Below are positions 8,194 to 15,789 of a stretch of 23,474 nucleotides of DNA, piece by piece. The position numbers were made by a program, and so were the translations under genes. This DNA is from Candidatus Hermodarchaeota archaeon (lineage in GTDB: Archaea; Asgardarchaeota; Lokiarchaeia; Sigyniarchaeales; SOKP01). Within the stretch, counting starts at the first letter, position 1, and every line of letters starts with the position of its first letter. Below the pieces are notes generated by a model. That model did not search any database, was not told where the DNA came from, and saw only the letters and a program-made list of their open reading frames with translations. The stretch covers positions 1 through 23,474 of the forward strand of contig JBHLLP010000053.1 in NCBI GenBank assembly GCA_048885525.1, in the 5' to 3' direction.

Positions 8194-10383
8194 TTAATCT
8201 TCTTTGAAAACTTCTTCAAGCTTTCTATGATTTTCTTCAATCTTAAAGTTTTGGAGTGCTCCAGTCCAATCTTTTAAAATATGCTTATATTTCTCTTCGA
8301 ACCAGCTAATGAATTCTTTTAATGGAGCCCTAACTTCAGCAGATTGAGTACCTTTTATAAAGAGTGCTCCAAATATACGTTCACCATACTCTATAAGTAT
8401 TGTAATATCTCCATGGTCAATTTTCTTCAAAGCTTCTGTAGATTTCGTCATTTCTTTAATAAAGGAAGTAATAGCAGAGAACATTCCAGAGACTAGTCCA
8501 GGATCTTGTTCAACATCTTTTTGGAAAGCATAGTTATAAACTCCTCGTCCATCATCATATATAATATAAAGCCCTTGCTTTTCTACAGATTCGAAAATAT
8601 AGCTTAACTCCGGTTTCCAAATACTTATTAGATTATTATTAAAGAGATATCTTAATGTAAAATAGAATCTCCTTTTCTCATTTTCTTCTAAAGGTCTTAA
8701 TTCTTTTAGAAATCTATCTTCATCTAGCTTATCTAATAGAATTTTTACCTCTTCACGTTCCCTATCTAGATTTTCCGTGATAATTTCTTCATTCTTTGTG
8801 ATTAAATATTGAATTTCGCTTTGATTATAATCATTATATTTGATAAAATCATCTATCGTGGCGAAGATAATTTTTTCTTCATGTCTTTCATCCATAGAGA
8901 TTATTTTGCTTTTAAATGATTTTCCTATGTAAAAAATTATCAGGCTCCATATAAATACGTTAAATACAAATCGAGTATATAAATATGGTATAGCTAATAC
9001 ATTTAAGATGCCTGAAAATGTTGCTTCTAAACTAGCAGTTCTAAATGTAAAGAAAAGCGAATTAAAAATGTTTAGGTAACTCAATTGGCCTGTTAACCAG
9101 TACTCCTGTCCAGCAAATATGAACACTGAAATTATAATTATAATAGGTAGATAAATGATATATCCTATAAACTTACTTTTTGCGTATTTTAAACTCTTAG
9201 ATAAGAAAAGTCCTACTATTATAACAGGTGCTAGAACTTGTAAAAAGCCTAGAGAGATTAGTAGTTCAAATTTTAAGGAGTTTATTAAATTTGGACTAGC
9301 TTCAGTAAAATTTGCTTGTGATAATATAGTGGGTTCACTTAAATATGGAAAAAAAAGAAAATTAGAGATTGCAAAATATACAATAAAAAAGAGTCCAATA
9401 GCAACTAAACTATAGAAAATAATGAGTAGAATATTACTTGAATCGATATTTTTCATTTTCTCTTTTTTTGTTTTCCACCAATCAATTGTTTTTACTAAGA
9501 TGAGTATAGAAATTGGTTCAAAGATTTTAAGGAATAAAACGAAAATTATCGAAGCCATTATAAAATATGCAAAGAAAAAGATGATAATTAAAATTGAATC
9601 AAAATATTGAGCAAGAAACAATAAGATTGATAAAATTGATATAGGAGCTCCAACTGTGTAAAGACTTTTAAAAGTTTGCCTCCTTATTTCTTCTCCAAAA
9701 TATTTACCTTTTAATGCTAGTTTAGAGCTAAACACTAATTCAATACTAAATATAAACATGGCAAGATAAACAAATAAAATCTCGAGAAACCATCCTAATG
9801 CAGTATTTCCGGTTGTGAGAGATTCATGCTCTAATCCAGAAACAGATAATATCACTTGCAATATATAGAGTGAAATAGGCAAAAGTACAATCATTAATTT
9901 AAGAATTTCTTTTTCTCTTGAAAAATCTCTTTTAGCAATCTCGTCTCGTATCATTTTATAAGGACTTTTATCTAAATGATAAGAAATTTGTTTTAAATTT
10001 TCTTTAATAGTACCTTTTTCTTTTCTCAAATGATTCCATACAATTATTAGAGAAATAAAAGGAGCCACAAAAAATATAAAAGGTAAAGTAACCAATGGAT
10101 ATGTTGCAAATAGGGTTAGTAATGTTCCGATACGTGCGCCTATAAACTGAATTGCTAAAGTAGTATCTCCTCCAGTTAATTCTTTTGGTTCAGTATTAAT
10201 TTGAAAAATAATTGGTAAAATCCAATAAATCAAATAGAATACTACAATTCCTAAAAAAATTCTAAAATACAATTTACCTATAGTTTTTTTCCAAATGAAA
10301 ATTAGAGGTATAATTAAAATAAGTATTGGAAGCGCGTTTAATAATATCGTAAGAAAAATTACTATACCATTCATAATAGTCAC
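8194..10383 (-). CDS. Polytopic membrane protein (about 12 TM) with a C-terminal longin domain
   Basis: About 490 aa of hydrophobic helices, then a soluble linker, then a longin domain at about 8194-8580: GLYIIYDDGRGVY...QDPGLVSGMFSAITSFIKEM..LKKIDHGDITILIEYG..FEEKY...LKDWTG...F. Confidence 0.85.
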   Translation of the reverse strand: MTIMNGIVIFLTILLNALPILILIIPLIFIWKKTIGKLYFRIFLGIVVFYLIYWILPIIFQINTEPKELTGGDTTLAIQFIGARIGTLLTLFATYPLVTLPFIFFVAPFISLIIVWNHLRKEKGTIKENLKQISYHLDKSPYKMIRDEIAKRDFSREKEILKLMIVLLPISLYILQVILSVSGLEHESLTTGNTALGWFLEILFVYLAMFIFSIELVFSSKLALKGKYFGEEIRRQTFKSLYTVGAPISILSILLFLAQYFDSILIIIFFFAYFIMASIIFVLFLKIFEPISILILVKTIDWWKTKKEKMKNIDSSNILLIIFYSLVAIGLFFIVYFAISNFLFFPYLSEPTILSQANFTEASPNLINSLKFELLISLGFLQVLAPVIIVGLFLSKSLKYAKSKFIGYIIYLPIIIIISVFIFAGQEYWLTGQLSYLNIFNSLFFTFRTASLEATFSGILNVLAIPYLYTRFVFNVFIWSLIIFYIGKSFKSKIISMDERHEEKIIFATIDDFIKYNDYNQSEIQYLITKNEEIITENLDREREEVKILLDKLDEDRFLKELRPLEENEKRRFYFTLRYLFNNNLISIWKPELSYIFESVEKQGLYIIYDDGRGVYNYAFQKDVEQDPGLVSGMFSAITSFIKEMTKSTEALKKIDHGDITILIEYGERIFGALFIKGTQSAEVRAPLKEFISWFEEKYKHILKDWTGALQNFKIEENHRKLEEVFKED

Positions 10384-10475
10384 TTTTTTTAGTGATAAAA
10401 GTAGAGTTTATTTAAAATAAATGTATGTAATTGTTATTATAATAATTTAGTTATTCTTGATTATTTACTTTTGCA

Positions 10476-11573
10476 ATGACACAAAATAATAAAATTGGAT
10501 TAGTAATAGATAAAGATTTTGCTATAAAAAATGTTCCTCCTTATCCATATCCTACATTTCTTTCGTATGAAACACCCTTAAGGATCAAATCAATCTTAAG
10601 TTATTTAGAAAAGAAGGCGATTTTTAAAAATGAGAAAATTATTGAAATAAAACCAATCGCAGTAGAGGAAGATATTATTCATTTAGCACATACAGATTAT
10701 CATATTAATTCAATTAAAACACTATCAAGTAGGGGAATTGGATTATTAGGGGAGGAAGTTTATGTCACTGAAGATACTTTTGAATTAGCTAAAAAAGCAT
10801 TAGGTGGTGCTATAACTTCAATTACTAGTGTAATAAATCATGAAGTTAATCAATCTTTTGCATTTATAAGGCCCCCAGGACATCATGCTTTACGAGAAAT
10901 GGCTTCTGGGCTGTGCATTTTTAATAATATAGCAAATGCTATAATCTATTTGCGCACAATACTTCAATATAATAAAAAAGTAGCAATAGTGGACATAGAT
11001 GCTCATTTCGGGGATGGACTTGTTCAATATTTTTATGATGATCCAAGTGTATTATATTTCTCTATTCATGAATATGATTTTGTAGAAGGAGAAATAGGAT
11101 TTATTGACGAATTAGGTACAGGAGATGGTCTTGGGACAAGTATCAACTTTCCTATTCCATTAAATTCTACTGATAATGAATTTTTAGAATCGATAGAAAT
11201 ACTTGAGCCTGTCTTAAAAGAATTTAAACCAGATCTTATTATTATTGCCGCAGGATTTGATATGTATTTTGATGATCCCATAGGAAACTGTCTATTAACA
11301 ACAGTTTCTTATTATAAATTTACTGAATTATTACTGAAAATAGCTGAGGATATTTGTGAGGGTAAATTAGCTTTTATACTTGAAGGTGGTTACAGTTTAA
11401 TAGGATTATCTGTTTGTATATTTTCTGTGATCAAAGCGTTATTAAAAGAGGATTATAAGCCCCCACTATTTGAAAATTTAGATTTTTCAAACAATTCCAA
11501 AAAAATTGAACTTGGTAAAATTAAATCTAGTTTAAAAAAGCTTTTATCTAATTATTGGAGTTCAATAGGATAA
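10476..11573 (+). CDS. Zn-dependent histone deacetylase superfamily protein (HDAC/AcuC/APAH)
   Basis: RPPGHHA, GLCIFNN, DIDAHFGDG, SIHE, AAGFD and catalytic LEGGY motifs are all present. Confidence 0.95.
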   Translation: MTQNNKIGLVIDKDFAIKNVPPYPYPTFLSYETPLRIKSILSYLEKKAIFKNEKIIEIKPIAVEEDIIHLAHTDYHINSIKTLSSRGIGLLGEEVYVTEDTFELAKKALGGAITSITSVINHEVNQSFAFIRPPGHHALREMASGLCIFNNIANAIIYLRTILQYNKKVAIVDIDAHFGDGLVQYFYDDPSVLYFSIHEYDFVEGEIGFIDELGTGDGLGTSINFPIPLNSTDNEFLESIEILEPVLKEFKPDLIIIAAGFDMYFDDPIGNCLLTTVSYYKFTELLLKIAEDICEGKLAFILEGGYSLIGLSVCIFSVIKALLKEDYKPPLFENLDFSNNSKKIELGKIKSSLKKLLSNYWSSIG

Positions 11574-11589
11574 AAAAGATAAAAAAAAT

Positions 11590-11991
11590 TTAGACAAAAT
11601 CCTTTAATTTTAAAGCATATTCTTGAGCTGCGAAGAGAGCATCTCTAGGACCTGCCTGAGGATTTATATAACAAACTAATGCTCCTGTGCCTCCAATTGG
11701 AACAGGACAGATGATAAGATGCCCTTTACCAGTAATGTTTGTCCCTATCTTTCGTTCTTCTGTATTCTCTACTATCATATATTTGATGCCTTGTATGGTA
11801 ATACTACTGATCCCTTTTTCACCTAATTCCAGTTTTTGATTAAGCAACTCATTGATAAGATCAAGATCATTAGTCAAATCCCAATTTTCTGTTTGGGTGA
11901 TTAAATTGCCATCTTTGCTTATGATACCTACTCCAAATATATTTTGCTCTTCGTTTAACAAATCATCAATTAATGCTTCAATTTCGGACAT
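11590..11991 (-). CDS. Loki-type profilin (actin-monomer-binding eukaryotic signature protein)
   Basis: ITQTENW, the 'Loki loop' KLELGEKG, IQGIKYMIVENTEERKIGTNITGKGH and NPQAGPRD closely match my recollection of the characterised Loki profilins. ATG at 11991 is preceded by GGTGG; the track's TTG start at 12000 is the alternative. Confidence 0.92.
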   Translation of the reverse strand: MSEIEALIDDLLNEEQNIFGVGIISKDGNLITQTENWDLTNDLDLINELLNQKLELGEKGISSITIQGIKYMIVENTEERKIGTNITGKGHLIICPVPIGGTGALVCYINPQAGPRDALFAAQEYALKLKDFV

Positions 11992-12000
11992 TTCCACCAA

Positions 12001-12096
12001 ATATTTATTATTAAATTATTATAATAACATAAATAAAATCAATCATAAATTTAAATATAATTTAAAAATAAAAGGAAAAAATCACGGTGAAATTAA
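12001..12096. promoter_or_regulatory. Short AT-rich divergent promoter region shared by profilin and the ABC operon
   Basis: Head-to-head genes about 100 bp apart. Contains TATA-like tttaaata/tttaaaaa and a GGTGA RBS before TTG 12097. Confidence 0.55.
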
Positions 12097-12639
12097 TTGG
12101 CTTTTAGAATGTGGAGAAAGGCTATTCTTCTATCTTTACGTGAAAAAAGAGTATTTACAGTTTTTACATTAATCTATACAACTTTGATATTTTTAACATC
12201 GTTTTTCATAGATTTGGGACTTGAAGGCGGATTTGGAGAAATGGTATGGTATTTTGTTTTAATCTTTTTTGGAACTTCGTTATTTCTCTCTTTACTCTAC
12301 GCATGGATTTTAGTCTCAAGAAAAAGACGTGTTTGGGCTACATTTAAATGTATAGGATATACAAATAAGAATATATTATCATTAGTTTCAGGTATGATCT
12401 TTTTTACAACTTTAGTAGGTTTTTTTATCGTAATTGAAGTTCTATTTCATTATGCTGCTGCTATTGCTTATATTAATCAAACCCCCATAAATTTTTCTCT
12501 TACAATATTAGTTGATTTAGTTCCTGTAGTTTCTACCAGTGTAATTTTTATATGTGTTCAAATAGTTGCTTTTATTTTAGCATACAGAAAAGTGCTGAAA
12601 GTAAGGCCAATAATAGCCCTGAAAAAAGTAGGAGAGTAA
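12097..12639 (+). CDS. Minimal FtsX/MacB-family (type VII) ABC permease
   Basis: Amphipathic N-helix plus 4 TM. RKRRVWATFKCIGYTNKNI matches the FtsX 'R..E.G..KA.G' coupling helix, and the C-terminus is KVRPIIALK. Confidence 0.85.
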   Translation: MAFRMWRKAILLSLREKRVFTVFTLIYTTLIFLTSFFIDLGLEGGFGEMVWYFVLIFFGTSLFLSLLYAWILVSRKRRVWATFKCIGYTNKNILSLVSGMIFFTTLVGFFIVIEVLFHYAAAIAYINQTPINFSLTILVDLVPVVSTSVIFICVQIVAFILAYRKVLKVRPIIALKKVGE

Positions 12640-12654
12640 GGAGGTTATAGAGAA

Positions 12655-13341
12655 ATGTCTGATAAAGATATAATGATTGAAGCAGTAGATGTTAATAAAG
12701 AATACAGAAGAGCTGGTGCTATTATTAGAGCGTTAGCTGATGTAAATCTAAAAATCAAATCTGGAGAATTTGCTATCGTTCAAGGCCCAACTGGTTGTGG
12801 GAAATCTACACTTCTTAATGTCCTGTCAGGATTAGACTTACCGGATTCTGGTAGAATCATTTTTGATGGGGAAAATATCGCTAGGTCAACTGAGGATAGA
12901 CTAAGCAGACTTAGAAGACAGAAAATAGGTTTTGTATTTCAAGATTTTAATCTTGTTAATACTTTAACAGCTATAGAAAATGTGGAATCAGTATTATGGC
13001 CTACAGTTTTACGCCAAAAAGAAATTGAAAATCGAGCAATTTCTGCTTTACGTGACGTTGATTTACTTGATCGTAAGGATCATTTTCCTGTCCAGATGTC
13101 TGGTGGAGAGAAACAGAGATGTGGTATCGCACGTGCCATCATCCATAGACCAAGAGTTATTCTAGCAGATGAGGCTACTGGAAATTTAGATCCAGAATCT
13201 GAAAAGCAAGTTATGGATCTATTAAAGAAAATTAATAAAGAAATGGAGACAACCATTATTTTTGTCACACATAGAGATTTATCTAAATATGGAACAAAAA
13301 CAATTCTTATGGATAATGGTCGAATCACTAAAATTCAATAA
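12655..13341 (+). CDS. ABC ATP-binding protein, LolD/MacB/FtsE family
   Basis: Walker A GPTGCGKS, IGFVFQDFNL, signature MSGGEKQR, Walker B ILADE, TGNLD and VTH. GGAGGT RBS upstream. Confidence 0.95.
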   Translation: MSDKDIMIEAVDVNKEYRRAGAIIRALADVNLKIKSGEFAIVQGPTGCGKSTLLNVLSGLDLPDSGRIIFDGENIARSTEDRLSRLRRQKIGFVFQDFNLVNTLTAIENVESVLWPTVLRQKEIENRAISALRDVDLLDRKDHFPVQMSGGEKQRCGIARAIIHRPRVILADEATGNLDPESEKQVMDLLKKINKEMETTIIFVTHRDLSKYGTKTILMDNGRITKIQ

Positions 13342-13548
13342 AATGAAATGTATTTTTTATCTTTACTTTTAAATCTTTTTTAGTATTTTTTTAAAAAATC
13401 TGTATCTCAAAAGTTTACAGTTTTATTCTTCTCAAAATTAATTTTGAACTAGATTGAATTTTATGCCAAAAATATAAATATTCAGAGCATTTTTGATTAG
13501 TAATAAGGAAATTAAAATCGTTTAATTACATATTGTTAGGGGATAATT

Positions 13549-14328
13549 GTGGGATGGGGTCGTGTAATAAAATCTGGTTGCGCTGGTATGTGTTGTCTTA
13601 TTCCTATGGCATACATTTCATTTAGGTTTCTCAACTTAACAGAAGGGGTTACAGGTGGCTTAATTGAGAATGTAGATGATGCGATAGCCAATTTAATGAC
13701 AACTCTTGGTCTTGGTGCATTAGGTCTTTTTATACAAATAATTGCAGGTATGGTAATTGGTGCATTACTCATTTTTTTATTCCCAATACATTGGTGTATT
13801 TTTTATCGGCCAGAGGATGTTATGCTGCTCATTGCAGTAACTCTTCCTTGGATTCTATGTTGTGTCATAACTAGTGCTATTTTTGCTCATTCTCCACGTG
13901 GAGGTTTACATTCTAGTCTTGCAATTGGAATAGGTTATTCAATTGGTTTATCAGTAGTTTATATAATACTTGCTATCGTTGCACCATTCGGTATTGGAAC
14001 AGCAATATTAGATGGGTTACTATTAGGTTTAACAGATTTACCTTATTTGGTTGCTGTTCTTACTGCAGTTTTTGAGGGATGTTTAGTTGGAGGAGTGTTT
14101 GGTGCTTTTATAGGAAGTTTGAAATATAAAGGTAAGGGTGCTATAAAAGAGAAAAAGAAGAAGAAAAAGAAAGTTAAAGAAGAGGTATCAGAACCCTCTG
14201 AAATGTTCCCCAGAGAAATTGTAGAAGAAAAAACTACACTTACTCCAGCATCTAATATCTGTAGAAATTGTGGTGCTAAACTTACGACAGATGATTTATT
14301 TTGCACTAATTGTGGCGCAAAAAAATAA
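13549..14328 (+). CDS. Multi-TM membrane protein with a polybasic linker and C-terminal zinc ribbon
   Basis: About 5 Gly-rich TM helices, then KEKKKKKKKVK, then CRNCG-x9-CTNCG. Confidence 0.85.
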   Translation: MGWGRVIKSGCAGMCCLIPMAYISFRFLNLTEGVTGGLIENVDDAIANLMTTLGLGALGLFIQIIAGMVIGALLIFLFPIHWCIFYRPEDVMLLIAVTLPWILCCVITSAIFAHSPRGGLHSSLAIGIGYSIGLSVVYIILAIVAPFGIGTAILDGLLLGLTDLPYLVAVLTAVFEGCLVGGVFGAFIGSLKYKGKGAIKEKKKKKKKVKEEVSEPSEMFPREIVEEKTTLTPASNICRNCGAKLTTDDLFCTNCGAKK

Positions 14329-14471
14329 AATTTAATTATTTTTGAAGTTAAAAAATTTTATCTCTAATCTCTTTTTGTTGAAACTCCGATTAATTTCGAT
14401 ACAAAATATATTAATTATTAAATTATAGTATTTTATATTAATATTAAAAATTCAATGTATTAATACAAATT

Positions 14472-15476
14472 ATGTCAAGAGAAATAAAAGGAATTATACT
14501 TAGTCGCTTAATCGTTTTAGCTTCAATAATTTTAGTCCCTATTGTAATCTTTATAATATATAACTTAGCTAATTTTAATTTATGGTTTTCAAACGATCTA
14601 ACATTGAAAGTAGTATTAATAAAGGTTTTATGTCCCATTGTGTTTAGTATTTCATGGTTGTTTTTCTTAATTCTTTTTGTTAATCGTTTTGCAAATACTA
14701 TTGATGATTTTGATAAAGTTATAAGTGTTGTCCCATCGAGATTAAAATTTTTTTATGGAATCAATGCCATTTATATTCTTTTTATTTTTGTTTTCCCAAT
14801 AATCACACCCGTAATAGCGGTATTAAGTTTTGCATCCTTTGCATGGAGATTAACTACATTCAGGAAAAAAAGATGGGAAGAAGATACAAAAGTTACGTTA
14901 ATAACATGGATTATGATGGGTATTGCAGCCCTTCTTCCAATTTTTTGTGCTATTATAGTTCTACCAGAGTTTTTTGCTCTTGCGTCTTTTTTATGGAGGG
15001 TAATTTGGGTACCAAATTTAGATTTGCTATTTACCATCTCTTATTCGTTGTTTACAGCATTGGCTATTGGTTCTTTTATTTTGTTATTTTTAAATTCAGG
15101 GATAAGTGAATATGAACAACTTTTTGTAGAGCCTTCGAAAAAACAGAGCTTTTTGATAGTTAAAATTATTGAAATTGGATTATTTGGCTTTTTTTTATTT
15201 TTAGATCTTTACAACTATGATGTTATTGATTTATTTTATATAGCAGGTTTTGTTTTTATAATTATCACCTCAATAGTAAACTTCTTTCAAGGAAAAATAA
15301 AAGTTAAAAGTTTTAAGAGTCATTTATTTGGATATATTATAGCAGCAGTATTTATTGGCTCTAATGTTATTTTCTCAACTACGGAAATATCTGGATTTTT
15401 AAGAGTTTGGAGTTTGATTATTTCAGCAGTTTTATATATTGTTGTATTTTTTTATACTTTTTTCCAAGTAGAATAG
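14472..15476 (+). CDS. Uncharacterised polytopic membrane protein (about 9-10 TM)
   Basis: 334-aa ORF that is almost entirely hydrophobic helices with short charged loops. No family motif recognised. Confidence 0.8.
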   Translation: MSREIKGIILSRLIVLASIILVPIVIFIIYNLANFNLWFSNDLTLKVVLIKVLCPIVFSISWLFFLILFVNRFANTIDDFDKVISVVPSRLKFFYGINAIYILFIFVFPIITPVIAVLSFASFAWRLTTFRKKRWEEDTKVTLITWIMMGIAALLPIFCAIIVLPEFFALASFLWRVIWVPNLDLLFTISYSLFTALAIGSFILLFLNSGISEYEQLFVEPSKKQSFLIVKIIEIGLFGFFLFLDLYNYDVIDLFYIAGFVFIIITSIVNFFQGKIKVKSFKSHLFGYIIAAVFIGSNVIFSTTEISGFLRVWSLIISAVLYIVVFFYTFFQVE

Positions 15477-15789
15477 AATAAAAATTATATTCTATAACAA
15501 AATGTTAATTTAAAAGGTATTTTGAATGAAAGTTATAATCAATTTTTAATATGCGAATAATATGTCATTGTATTTTCTTTTAACGTGGTCGTATTATAAA
15601 ATAATTATAATAAATATGAAAAGGTAGTTATTTGTGAAATTTTAAATGGAATTTTTTCATAAAAATTTGTTTAATGCTAAGAAATTTAAAGATTCTAGTA
15701 TAATAGAATAAAAATTATTAAAAAGCCATGTTTTGATTGTTAACTTAATACAATCTGTAATATTTCAAATAACAAAGCATGTGTGAAAG

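Noticed and set aside
12097-13341. Naming the pair ftsEX, lolCD or macB
   Set aside because: Only family-level similarity. The organism is an archaeon and the permease lacks the extracytoplasmic domain.
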